DNA from: Welwitschia mirabilis | Lineage: Eukaryota | Assembly (NCBI GenBank): GCA_051453625.1 | Contig: JBOZIK010000001.1 | Location: 5,293,456-5,343,433 of the forward strand | Reading direction: 5' to 3' | Length of the DNA stretch: 49,978 nt | Shown: piece by piece, positions 10,838 to 23,800 of the stretch | Layout: each line of letters starts with the position of its first letter | How positions within the stretch are numbered: position 1 is the stretch's first letter | The notes under the pieces: generated by a model | What the model was told of the DNA's origin: nothing | Database searches by the model: none | Seen by the model: only the letters and a program-made list of their open reading frames with translations | Translations under genes and position numbers: made by a program

Positions 10838-13800
10838 ATGGCATCATCAAATGTCACCGAAGGCTAATCAATCTCTAGACCTCCATTCTTCTTAGGAAAC
10901 AACTATGCGCATTGGAAGTCATAGATGACGATAATTCTTACATCTTTGGATGTGGACATTTGGGAGATGATTATAAAGAAACACCAACCTCCACTATGGT
11001 AGATGCAAATGGAGCTATCTTACTCAAGCCTCGAGCCAACTGGGATTCAGATGACAAGAAGCAAGCTAGGTTGAATGCTTAGGCCATGAACGCTATAATA
11101 TGTGCTCTCGCTCCGGAAGACTACAACCATGTTGTCCAATGCACTATGGCACGAGAAATGTGGGAGACTCTAAAAATAGATCATGAAGGGACAAACATAG
11201 TCAAGAACACCAAGCTGTAATTACTGACCACCAAATTCGAGAATATCAAGATGGAAGAGTCAGAAACAGTTGCTTAATACACTACCAAGATCACCAACAT
11301 TACAGATACCATATGGGGACTTGGTGAGAAGATTCCAGAAAATAGAATAGTGCACAAAATCTTGAGGAGCCTAACAGAGAAGTTTAGGCCAAAGGTGACA
11401 GCCATTGAGGAGAGAAAAGACATTGACACAATAAAAGTAGAAGAACTGAAAGGATCGCTTATGGCCTATGAAGCCACCCTCTTGCTTGAAAATGAAGCTC
11501 CCAAGCAAAGAAGCATAGCTCTTAAGGCCAACGAAGAAATCAAAAAGGACTCATCATCCGAGGAAGCTAAAGATGAGGATCTACTTTACTCACTCAAAAC
11601 TTGAAAAAATTTCTAAGGAGAAAGAAAGAAGGAAGACCACCTAAGAGATCTTCAAACTGCAGAAATGAAAAAGGTACGCAATTTTCTAATTCAATTTAGT
11701 GTTTTGAATGTAAAGCGTTTGGTCATGTAGCTTCAGAATACGCCAATAAACAAAAGGAGAGAATCTCAAAAGGAAAGGAGAAAAAGGCTCTAAAAGCAAC
11801 ATGGGATGATTCTGATAGTGAGAAGGACAACTTCAGTGATGACGAAGAGGTATTAAACTTTGGACTTTAATCTATCATTGAGAATGATGATTCAAACTTT
11901 GGATTCATAGCTTCCGAAGAAGATCACAAAAATGATTCGGTATGTTTAGAAAATGATTACAAAGAATGTTTTGATTTGGAATATGATGAACTAATTGATG
12001 CTTATGAAAATCTATACAATGTTAGTATTAGCTTAGGAAAGAAAAATATTCTCTTAAAGCAACAATCCAATGAACTCGAAAGTAAATTGATTGAAGCTAA
12101 TAGTGGAATAGAAGAATTTTCCAAAGCTTTGTAGGATGCAAAAAGGATTGTTGAACGTTTAGTGCAAGAAAAGGAAATCCTGAACAAGCTCTTGGGAAGT
12201 GGAAGATCCCCCTTTGATAGATCTGGAATTGGAAGCTCACCAGGTATGTCTACTTGTTTTCAGAATTTCCATTCCAGCATAAAATTTCAATCCCTTGGAA
12301 AAGCTAGCCTAAGATGTTTTTCCTGTATTAAAATTGGTCATGTTCAATTCTTTTGTCCTTATAGAAAGTCCCTTTATTTTGGTTTCAATTGCGATTTTCA
12401 CTTTGAGAACAAGTCTTGTTTGACTAGTCAGTCTAGGGAAAAGAAAAACAAGATGAGATGGGTTAAGAAAAATACTATTACCACCTTCTTTGTTCACGAG
12501 CATTTAAGGTTCAAGACAAAACTAAGTGCTATCTGGATAGTGGTTGCTCTCGCCACATGGCTGGAAACAAGAGCTTGTTAAGTTCTTTCCAAGNNNNNNN
12601 NNNNNNNNNNNNNNNNNNNNNNNNNNNNNNNNNNNNNNNNNNNNNNNNNNNNNNNNNNNNNNNNNNNNNNNNNNNNNNNNNNNNNNNNNNNNNTATCAAA
12701 TGAATGTTAAAAGCGCTTTCTTGAATGGATATATTAATGAAGAAGTCTATGTTACTTAACCTCCCAGTTTTACAAATCCAAAATTTCCAAACCATGTATA
12801 CAAGCTTAACAAAGATCTCTATGGACTCAAACAAGCTCTCAGGGCATGGTTTGACAGACTAAATGTGTTTCTTATTTCAAAAGGATTTTCTAAAGAAAAT
12901 GCAAATCCAACTCTTTTTATTAAACGTGACAAGGAGGACATTTTGATAGTTCAAATTTATGTAGATGACATTGTTTTTGGTGCTACAAAATCAAGTCTTG
13001 CAGACAACTTCTCTGAAATGATGCATAAAGAATTTGAAATGAGTCTAGTAGGAGAACTAAACTTCTTTTTGGGTCTTCAGATCAAGCAAACCAAATCTGG
13101 AATTTTCATAAGCCGATCCAAATATGCTAGAGACATGTTAATGAAATATGGTATGATGGATTCCAAGGATATTAAGACTCCCTCTTCCACAAATGTGAAA
13201 ATATCAAAAGATAAAGGAGGAAAAGGAGTTAATCAAAAGCTGTATAGAGGTATGATTGGAAGTCTTTTATGCATGACAACAAGTAGGCCTGATGTAGCTT
13301 ATAGTGTAGGGGTGTGTGCCAGGTATCAATCAGATTCCAGAGAATCTCACCTGATTTGTGTTAAGAGAATTTTCCAATACATTAAACACACAGAAAATCA
13401 TGGTTTACTATACTCTTAAGATACTTCTCTTAATCTGGTAGGATACCATGATGTTGATTGGGCTGGTTGCATAGATGACAGGAAGAGCACGAGTGGAGCA
13501 TGTTTCTATCGTGGAAATTTTTTCGTTTCCTGGTTAAGTAAGAAATAGAGTACAACTTCTTTATCAACCACCGAAGCCAAGTATATCATAGCATGTGCCT
13601 GTTGTGCCCAATTACTTTGGATGAAACAAATGTTGATAGATTTTGGTTTAAAGAATGAAAGTAAAGAATGTTTTGTTACAACACCTGTGCCACAAATATA
13701 ACAAAAAACCCCGTTCAACACTCTCGTACCAAACACATAGATATAAGACATCACTTTGTATGAGATTAAGTTCAAAATCATTTGCAGATATTATGATGAA

Positions 13801-13872
13801 GGCTCTCGATGTGCAAAGATTCAAAGATCTAAGACAAAATCTAGGCATTGGGGTAAATCCCCATGAGGCATG
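10838..13872 (+). pseudogene. Sirevirus gag-pol pseudogene
   Basis: MASSNVTEG*SISRPPFF; zinc knuckle CFECKAFGHVASE (~11700); protease CYLDSGCSRHM (~12528); RT YQMNVKSAFLNGY, QIYVDDIVFG and GELNFFLGLQIKQ; RNase H ADIMMKALD. Multiple in-frame stops. Confidence 0.9.
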
Positions 13873-14495
13873 ATTTCAAGCTTTAATTATAAAAGTTCTT
13901 TTTGTACCATATATAGGTAATGTGAATTCTGGTTGTTTGTAAATACTCTTGTTGCATCATTCTGTGCATGTCAGNNNNNNNNNNNNNNNNNNNNNNNNNN
14001 NNNNNNNNNNNNNNNNNNNNNNNNNNNNNNNNNNNNNNNNNNNNNNNNNNNNNNNNNNNNNNNNNNNNNNNNNNTTTGTACCATATATAGGTAATGTGAA
14101 TTCTGGTTGTTTGTAAATACTCTTGTTGCATCATTCTGTGCATGTCAGTTCTGTAAATTTCGATTATTTATTTCTGAGAATCGAGTTAACCCTTGGACAT
14201 CCCATCTATTATTTTTAGAAATCCGACTTTCTTAGCCATATGTTTTTACTGAGTATTTGCTCGAGCGTCCCTCCTTTTATCCAAGATGTCCGACGTTTAA
14301 GGCGATGTGGGACANNNNNNNNNNNNNNNNNNNNNNNNNNNNNNNNNNNNNNNNNNNNNNNNNNNNNNNNNNNNNNNNNNNNNNNNNNNNNNNNNNNNNN
14401 NNNNNNNNNNNNNNNNNNNNNNNNNNNNNNNNNNNNNNNNNNNNNNNNNNNNNNNNNNNNNNNNNNNNNNNNNNNNNNNNNNNNNNNNNNNNNNN

Positions 14496-15525
14496 AGAAA
14501 AGGGAAAGAACCAGCAGGCTCCTCTTTAGAAAATTGGTTCCTTAGTGAAGAGCACAAGAAGTTCTGGCTCACCTATTTCTCGAAAAGGCCCATTGCTTCA
14601 GAAAGACGTATGGATTTCGAATCTTTCAAACATCAGCTCCCAATTCTTCCCAAGTTTGAAGCTCTAGATTGGCAATATGCATTGGATCTGGACACCAGAG
14701 CATCTGTTAAAATGCTAGGACTATTCTATTGTAATGGCCATCCACACAGATACAATGATAAAATTACTTCTAGAGTTTTCGGCAAGAATATAGAAATCAC
14801 ATTAGACATGATATTAGATGTTACTGGTTTTCCAAATGCCAGTTGCTTTTATAATACTACATTAGTACAAACTCTAGAAGAAGCCATTTCAAAGGAGAAT
14901 TTAACTCATGAGCTATGTGGTAAACATGTAGAATGGAAAGTTAATCTTCCTACCAATCAGTTAGAACCATTCTACAGAGTTATTTATTAGATTTGCCCTC
15001 ATAACATTGTTCCCAAACTTGGCCACAAGGATGAGGTGTCACTAGCATGTGCTTATATCATGTATTGTATTGGGCAAGGTGTCAGATTTAACTTGTGTAA
15101 ATTTATTTTAACATATATGAGCCAGTTTTTTATTGCTACCAATGCTAGTCTTCCATTTGGTGGTTTAGTGATTGCTCTTTTGATGAATCTAGAGTTTACC
15201 ATTGATAAGGATGAAGAGTTTGTAAAGGTTCCAAAACCATTGGATGCCTCTTTGTTAAAGGAGATGAATATTTTTATAGAAACCATTAGTCTAGCTCCTT
15301 AGCCTCCTCTGCCAAAAAGAAAAAGAGCTAGTGAGACTTCATCTGCATCAGAGATATCCAATGAAGTTCTCCTTGAGACAATACAGAAACTTGACAAAAA
15401 ACTAGATAGGATCTTGTTTGGTCTTTAAACCTATGGTTTTGATATTCCTCTTGGCTCAGATGAAGAGGAAGAGTAGGCTCCACCAGAACTAGCAGAGGGT
15501 CCTTCTTATGCAGGGTCTCCTGATT
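14496..15525 (+). pseudogene. Sirevirus env-like ORF (5' end lost in N gap, internal stops)
   Basis: One frame from RKGKEP...WF...KRPIASER...LFYCN through HNIVPKLGHKDE to PKRKR and an acidic tail. Lies between RNase H and the 3' LTR. Confidence 0.85.
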
Positions 15526-15599
15526 AATTTCATATCCTCTTTTTGTTCCCTTTTTTTTTGTACACTCTTGCTCTTACTCTTACACTTCTCAATGGTGAC

Positions 15600-15981
15600 A
15601 AAGGGGGAAAAGCTATCACTATATATTTTGTAAACTTTATCCTCACTCATTTCATTTTGTAATGTAATAAAAAATCAGCTTAATAGAAATCAAAACGTTT
15701 GCTTGTTCTAAAATGTGTCTCCAAAATTTTTCTCCTCTACTCTCAAGCAAAGTCTATTTGAAATTTGATTATCATAAGTTAATACCTATCCTTTGTTTTA
15801 ACAAATACAAGTGCAAATAAATTGATGTTTTAAGCTAACTATGATGCTTGCAAGTCTTTGAACTCCACAGTTTTTTAAATAGGCATAAAATTCAAGGGGA
15901 GTACAACAAATTGTTATCAACCTTTTGTTTAAAACTTTTGACATGATTTTAGCATGTTGTTATCATTGAAAAGGGGGAGAT
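15600..15981 (+). promoter_or_regulatory. Multiple polypurine tracts (Sirevirus signature)
   Basis: AAAGGGGGAAA (15600-15610), AAGGGGAG (15894-15901) and terminal PPT AAAAGGGGGAGA (15969-15980) before the 3' LTR. Confidence 0.85.
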
Positions 15982-17021
15982 TGTTGCAAAAATGTTAGAG
16001 ATGGGTAAGTCTCAATGATGAACACCTAGCAGCTCTTAAAACAGATGAAGAGTGAAGAGATATCATGGGTACAAACGCTAAAACCAAGGACCAATTTATA
16101 TTGGGATGTCTGACCATTTGCACCGGGATGTTCAGGTCAGTCTACCAAATAAGCAGAATGCAGATTTCAAAGTGGGACGTCCGATAGCTTTGTCTAGGAC
16201 ATTCGGGGTACAAACTTGTAATTTCTCACGACCAAAATACGAGACATCCAAATTCTTGTCTGGGACGTTCGAGTGTTTTTCATGTCAAAAAGGGGGACGT
16301 CTGACCTTCATCTTAGGATGTCTAGGTGGTTCCTATGTTAAAAATGTGGGACGTCTGGCCTAATGTGGGATGTTTGACTAGATGAATGTTGTAGTGGAAC
16401 TAAAGATTTGTTTGCCTGCCCAGGGTGTTTTTCCAATGCAAAAACGGATCTCTATTGGTCTGCAATGTTCTTTCCTATGCATCTCACCTTCCAAGAGTCT
16501 ACAACAACTATATAGAAGAAAGAAGCTTAAATAGAAGACTCTAGTACAGATCGAGGTTACTGGTTTTAACATTTTATAATCTTTTGCTCAAAGAGAACCA
16601 TTCTGAGCTAAATTGGCTATAATTTTTCTTATGTACTCCTTATTGCTGATGTACTGTGCACTATTAAGGGACCTTCCCATTAGATTTACTCTCTCTCAGA
16701 AGCTTCCACTTTGATTGCTCACAGGGTTGAGCTTTGTTGTATTATCTTGCCTTTTATTCTTGAAGTGAAGAAGAAAAAGGAGGAGGTTGTGAAGATTTAT
16801 TGTGCTAATAGAACCAGGAGGCTGATAGCAGTTGCTTTCCCCTGAGAGTGGAGTAGGTCGGTTACCAAACCACTAGAAATACTGGTGTCTCTTTATCTTG
16901 CATTTCGCTCTGATGATTTTTTATTATTGATTACTTGCTAAGAAGGATTTTTAGGTTATATGTGACTAAATTTTTAAATACTCTATTCAACCCCCCTCAA
17001 GAGCTTATTTTGATCCTAACA
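15982..17021 (+). repeat. 3' LTR of Sirevirus copy 1
   Basis: TGTTGCAAA...CCTAACA followed by TSD GTTAG. Carries an ~30-bp segment near 16038-16070 that is absent from the 5' LTR. Confidence 0.95.
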
Positions 17022-17244
17022 GTTAGTAGACAACCAAATTGAGGTATCCTCATTTATTTTATTGAATTCTTGTAAAGTCATCTCAATCCTTTATACTTTA
17101 GTGGTTTTATTTTCAATTGTTTTACTATGAAAGCATGAATTAACTAAATTCTTTATTTCTTTTATTTAGGAAATGAATTCATTAATGTTTTGGTTACTAG
17201 TAGGAAGCACATGATTTTCCTAGGGACTATTGATATCACACACT

Positions 17245-18115
17245 TGAGTATGAATTAGAACCCTAAAGGAGGTAAAGAGAGCCTTAAACCTAATATAAAA
17301 ATAAGAACAAGCAAACTATTAAACCAATTAAGTAAACTACACTAAATCAAAACAAAATAAAATGCAAGAAATAAAGTTAGAAATGGCACACCAAATTTAT
17401 AGTGGTTTAGTTACACATCTCTAGTCTTGGGGGGAGCACCAAAGCTCCTCAAGCTCCCTCTTTCCATTGATCCTTTTTTAAAATCAATATGGTTTTAGGC
17501 TCACCAAAGACCTTACAGCAAAACATCAAACCCTTCTCAGATTCCACAACAAAGAAGAGAGATCTAAAAACAAGGATAGAATGTGGCTTCAAGCATAGAT
17601 ATCCTATAGTACAGCTTTAGCAAGCCTAACTTAAGCACAAGAAGGAAGAGCATACGAAAATTTGAGAGCCAAAAAAAGGGTTTTAGAAAAAGAGAGTTTC
17701 ATTTTATAGAAATCTAGAAGGGAAATGGCTACTAGAGAAGAGAGAATAGATTTATAATGCATGGGTGAGAAAATTGGAATTAGTAGTTTGAACTAGACCT
17801 AAAAAATGGAAGTAGAGCGTTCAAATCCTTGCCATGCAACTCCAACAGCTATCCACCAATTAGAAACTCAATTGATTGCCTTTTAATGTGAAATTCAAAA
17901 ACTATAGACTCCCCATTGATCGACTGCCAAAAAGCCTGATTGACCGCCCTCCACTTGGCCTTGAATTCTTAATAGCCAGTCAATTGAGGATTGTGCTAGT
18001 TGATCTCCTTGCTGTCAGCTGAGATTTCTATATGGTTGGTCAACCTACCAAAAGGTCTGGTCAATCCTTTGCATGATCTAGGCTTTAATTTGGCATTCGT
18101 TGGAAAGTTCTAACA
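17245..18115 (-). repeat. Probable degenerate Sirevirus-type solo LTR
   Basis: gaaccctaaaggaggtaaag and gcacaccaaatttatagtggtt resemble the reversed LTR at 35032-35240; internal tcgac/gaccg motif cluster. Ends are uncertain. Confidence 0.45.
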
Positions 18116-18129
18116 ACACTTGCCATGAG

Positions 18130-20760
18130 TGATGGATGCAAAAGGAGGACTTTGAAAGGCATCAATGGTGGAAATCTTAAGTGTGATTATAAGGTTACAT
18201 GCCCACTAAGGAGCATGGAAGAGGAAGCACAAAGTAAATGCAACCACGTGAGAAAATCAAGTGAATTTGTCAAAGTCAAAACAATTGCTGCTTCTTGTCA
18301 TTTAGTGACAGGTAGTGATTCTTTGATTTGTTCAAGATTGAACTTGTTGCCGCTTGCCTTTGCCTAATGACTGTCTACTGATGCTGCTTTCTATAAATGT
18401 TTCCATTGCCTTTTGCCCAGTGATAAAGTAGCGACCATGCATTTTCCCAAGGTTGTTGCCACTTGGAGTTGCCCAACGATGATATCCAGTAATGCCTTTT
18501 ACTTGTAATGTACTAAACCCATAGCAACCTGCTATCATCTGGTGATTTAAGAAGTGATGATATAGTTACGCACCCTTTGATTAAACTTCTTTTCTTGCTT
18601 CCTTAGAAAGTCTAAGCTGTTTAAACAAGAGGTTTGTTACTCCAAAACACCTTCTTGATTGCTTGGATGACATAACAGAAGTATCAAGTGCTGAAGAGAC
18701 CATTTGGAGAGCCTTGGAACCAAGTCCCTTGCCTCATTTAGTCAGTTGCTATGAGACCTTTTTTTTACAAGCCCTCAATGTAAGTCATTTAACACATAGT
18801 AAGATTTCATTTCTTGTTTCTGAAGTTGTGAATTATGTTGCATACTATTTTAATGTTGTTTGGATTCCTGTGTTTATATGATTCATGGCTTAAGACTAAT
18901 TGGGTGACATCCAATGAGAATTATTAGTTTAGATGCACAGTTGTTTTTATAACCTACTCTAATAACTTTTGTAAGAGCTAAGTGCATTCATACTCTCCCA
19001 AATTTTCTTCTCCTTTTGAACCCCTTTTTTTCATTGGTCATGATCCTTGGATGGTTGATGTGAAATGCATATATAAGGAGATCCACAATAGACTTATTAC
19101 ATTTTTGCTGCTATTACTAGAGAAGCCAAGTGGGTTTTCTAGTGAAAACAAGATCCTCAACCAGGGCCACAAGCACGATTAGGTTTTCCATGCCTTCTTC
19201 TGAAATCTTGGTAATATTAGTAGATGAATAAGGAAGTGATTAGTCTAGAAGCCTTGGGTTTAACCACTCTACCTTTCCATAGTTTTTGTCCTTTTTTTGA
19301 TTTTATTTAATATAAACAATTTAGTATGATCTTGATGATTAAGGCTTGATGCACTATTGCACTCCTACACCTTAGGTTTGGTGGAATAATATTTTTGATT
19401 TTGTTTTAATTAATTGCATTAGACGCCATTACATGTCATCATATGCTTGAGGTTTAAATAGTAATCAAGGACTTATTAGCGAATAATTAGAAACGACTTG
19501 CTTGATTATGTGCAACTTTAAGTTGTGAGTCCAAATTCTTATAGGGTAAACTTATATCATGAACTCTCTCCTGATACTGAATTATGAGAATTTCATCCTT
19601 TAAGCCATGTTACCCCTATTGTCTCATTAAGATAGAAGTAGAGAATGAGGAATTCAAAGAAGCTCCTTTTAGTGGTCAACTTCTTGCTTTGTCTAATTCC
19701 TCAATGCCTCTCAGTCATAGATCTCTTTCTCTAACCAGACCTTGTCGTGTCGTGGTAAGTTCCCCACATCCTAAAATGAGTTTTTAAAGATTTATTCAAT
19801 AAGAATAGAACTAATAATCCATTCATTTTGCCAACTTGTGAGGATGTAGAGATTAGGAGCTTGTCTATGTATGTGACCTTCCATGTTTGGACAATAAAGA
19901 TCTCTACAACCATATAACTAAGATGGAACAAATTGCTAAAGTAGTAGGGAATGACATAACCAATATAACCTTTTTAAAGGTTTTTCCACTTTCCCCCAAA
20001 GATAAGGGAAGAATGTGGTTCAACTCTTTACCTAACTTCACTATTAGCACCTACTATGTAAGGTGCTCCAGCTTTATTAAATGTTACATGACCAGCTAAA
20101 AACCTCAAGAATTGAAAAAGCTAGTAAGTGGCTTTAAAGAAGAAGATGAAGAGGATTATTGGATAGATTTCGAGAGATTTGTTGGCCATGTTACACAAAA
20201 ACCCAAGCAACAAATTTCAGTCATATCAAATTATAGGGTTTTTCTTCTTAGGACTTAACCCTTGCTCTAGGCAAATGGTCAAGTTTGCAAGCAAATCAAA
20301 CATCTTGGATAAAGATGCTACAACGAGTTGGGAGAAATTAGTGCAAATTCAAGAAATGAATGAGACTTGGTCAACAACTCAAACAAAAAGTCAACCTAAA
20401 TCCATGAGGGAGTTGATGAAGGAAGTTAAATATGTTGAGCATCCTCAAGCCTTCATTCCCCATTTAGAAGCTACATACTTAATAGAATCTTGACTTAACC
20501 ATCAAGGAAGTCTCTTCTAGTCTAAGGGATTTAAAAGTTCTAATGGAAAGTGAAAAGCCTACAATTTCAAGATCAATTGTGGTTTCGTGTTGCTTTTTGA
20601 AGATGGCGACTATAAAACTAAGCAATGTCCAACTTTTGCTACTTGCAACAATTCATTTTTGAAGATGTTTGTGCTGTTAATTCACACTCTAATCTACAAT
20701 CTATGGGAGACTTTATGAGAATGTTCAATTCCTAGTTTAGATCCTTAGGGAATAATCTCC
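18130..20760 (+). mobile_element. Athila-like Gypsy 5' remnant (LTR starting TGATGGATGC plus gag)
   Basis: Gag remnants LKVFPLSPKDKGRMWFNSLP (19975-20035) and IIGFFFLGLNP. Segment 18130-18525 is repeated at 39632-40003. Confidence 0.6.
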
Positions 20761-20800
20761 CTAGATTACTTCACGGTTCGTGGTTCAATTTAGCGACACT

Positions 20801-23800
20801 TGTATCATTGTGAATATTTTGAGTTTATGCAAGACCGCATTAGGGATACCAATCTTGCAAAGCCAAATCCAACATTTACCAAAATGTATATACTAGGACT
20901 TTCATTTGAAGTATAACCCTAGTGTCATTCTTCCAAGGGAGAAATGTGGTAGACAAAGCAGTAAGACATGCACATAATCTATTTTCATAATCATAGAGAG
21001 ATTTAGTAGTGTAAAGGAGCGTTGTTGATGAATAAATTAAAGCTAGGAATGGGGCATGGGTTTAAGCATCTAGCATGATTATAACAACAATGNNNNNNNN
21101 NNNNNNNNNNNNNNNNNNNNNNNNNNNNNNNNNNNNNNNNNNNNNNNNNNNNNNNNNNNNNNNNNNNNNNNNNNNNNNNNNNNNNNNNNNNNNNNNNNNN
21201 NNNNNNNNNNNNNNNNNNNNNNNNNNNNNNNNNNNNNNNNNNNNNNNNNNNNNNNNNNNNNNNNNNNNNNNNNNNNNNNNNNNNNNNNNNNNNNNNNNNN
21301 NNNNNNNNNNNNNNNNNNNNNNNNNNNNNNNNNNNNNNNNNNNNNNNNNNNNNNNNNNNNNNNNNNNNNNNNNNNNNNNNNNNNNNNNNNNNNNNNNNNN
21401 NNNNNNNNNNNNNNNNNNNNNNNNNNNNNNNNNNNNNNNNNNNNNNNNNNNNNNNNNNNNNNNNNNNNNNNNNNNNNNNNNNNNNNNNNNNNNNNNNNNN
21501 NNNNNNNNNNNNNNNNNNNNNNNNNNNNNNNNNNNNNNNNNNNNNNNNNNNNNNNNNNNNNNNNNNNNNNNNNNNNNNNNNNNNNNNNNNNNNNNNNNNN
21601 NNNNNNNNNNNNNNNNNNNNNNNNNNNNNNNNNNNNNNNNNNNNNNNNNNNNNNNNNNNNNNNNNNNNNNNNNNNNNNNNNNNNNNNNNNNNNNNNNNNN
21701 NNNNNNNNNNNNNNNNNNNNNNNNNNNNNNNNNNNNNNNNNNNNNNNAAAGACCATCAAATGAAGAATCACTTAGAAGTTCATAAAAGCTTAACATGCTT
21801 CAATCTAAATCAAGCATTACAAGTACGAACAAACATTCACAACCTAAAATCAATAAAATAAATTAAAGTAGCTATAGCACTTTATTGCAATAATAAAAGA
21901 AAATCTACATAACAGTGAAAGACTCAAGCCAAAGCTTGAAATATCATGATGGCTTTAACGACTAGCTCATTCTTAAAGAAAAAGAACTTAGAAAGTTGAC
22001 ATATCTGGAGCTGCTTTCAAGTTCAAAAGAGAGCAGATGATAAGATGTTCCAAAAATGAGGTCCAAGTGCCCTTTTATAGCCCAAAAACTAGGGTTAGGG
22101 TTAGGGTTTTCGAACTTGCGCAATTTTTGGTAACTTTAGATGAGTTCACCAATTGCCTCAATGATCTTGGAATCTACCATAGCTCCCAAAATATAAAACT
22201 AGAGTGAAGAAGTGAAAGACGACCAATGCTGCCGTTAGATCCTACTAACACCCTCGGGATTTTGAGGAGTTTTCACCTGTGCTCCTGGTTCATGCTTAAG
22301 CATCTTATGAAAGACCTGAAAAGTTCAACGGTAAAGACAAAATGCTAGTTTTTTGTGACTTTAACAACATAGATAAAGATAAATTGATAAAACCATGAGA
22401 TTTAGAACTTGATTATACTAAATTGGCCTTAATTATTGAAATAAATCTCAATTTTTGCATATCATCACATCCCCCAATCAACCTTTTGTCAGGCTCTTAG
22501 CAAAAATGTGTCAAAGTTGCATAATATGGAAAAATTGCAAGTTGAAAACATTTAAGTGTTGAACAAAAGTGATGAAAAAGTTGGAAAAATTTGGCCAATT
22601 CTGAGGCTAATTTCACTTAAATGAGATGGATAAAACTTGGAAGACAAAAAGTCTAAGTGAAATTCCCACTTTTGAAGTTCTCTTACAATCCAAGCTTCAT
22701 TCTTACACCTCGACTTGGGTAAACTTTTTAGGAGTAATGTTTTCTATGTATGTCCTATCCCAATCATCACATCTAGGGTTGGACAGAGAGCCTGGCGAAG
22801 TAGATCTGAAACTAGATATGGGAGAGATAAATTGCTCTTATTTCGTAAATGGATGGCAATGGTCTTAAAAAGGCATTTGACCATGTCAAAATGTTTACTG
22901 TTTTGGATGATTCTAATCATGTCCTAGAGTGATAATAAAAGAAATGCCATGAACATAAGAATGAATTACCTAAGAGTCCTCCTCATCCATGGTTGCATGC
23001 TTGTAGAATTCAAGGACTTCTCTATGGTAATCTTATGTGCCTTCTTCCTTCAAGAGAGTGCCGATTTGGGGACTCTATCTTGGCCAAGTAATATGGTGCA
23101 TAGAGGGAGAGAAAAAAGATGAGAAGATGCCTTATTCAATGAAAGCTCCTTGTCTCTGACTCATGATTTCCTACAAATTACAAAAATGAAGAAATTAAGA
23201 AATGGAAAGGTTGAGAAAGATAAGAAAGGAACGAGGAAGATGAAGTTGGTGTCAACATGGAGTGGAAAATGAAGAGAAACAAAATGATACTCAATTTCTA
23301 AAACAAAAACTGACTTACTAAAGGTTTGAGAAGGCAAAAAAGACTGAATAAAAGTTGTGAGAAGAAGTGCAAAGGAAACTCGTAAAGAGGGACGGTGACA
23401 CCAGTGAGCTTAGGTGACAACGCTAGTTGTTCTTGATAGATTGACTCGAGCTTGCAGAAGGTGAAAAAGGAAATCAGAAAGAGTGCAGAAATGCTAATGA
23501 CAAGGTGTATTGGTGAGCTTGAGGCTTTGTTCATATAAAAACAATGTAGAATTCTCGCCATTTGATTGCTCACTGATAGTTAGGATTAATTTGGCATGCA
23601 TTAAGACATCGATAAAGAGGTCATATCACAAAAAACACAAATGTGCTTTCTCATGGAGGGAATTGTTAAATGTTATGACTTGAAATGGTCACTGTGAAGG
23701 GGAAATGGAGTGGATAAAGATGGAAATTATGGATGTACCATGCATCCTATGAATAAAAAGAGACTTATGAAACTTAAGCTAATAGCCTAATTTTTATTTT

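Larger units (their letters stand above)
9759..17021 (+). mobile_element. Sirevirus (SIRE-clade Ty1/Copia) LTR retrotransposon with both LTRs, decayed
   Basis: Two TG...CA LTRs, 5-bp TSD GTTAG (9754-9758 and 17022-17026), tRNA-iMet PBS, gag-pol remnants, env-like ORF and multiple PPTs. Integrase is missing at the unsized N gap near 12594-12693. Confidence 0.95.

Noticed and set aside
13900-14148. Direct repeat flanking the N gap (13900-13974 versus 14075-14148)
   Set aside because: Near-identical overlap on both sides of a 100-N gap; most likely unmerged contig ends.
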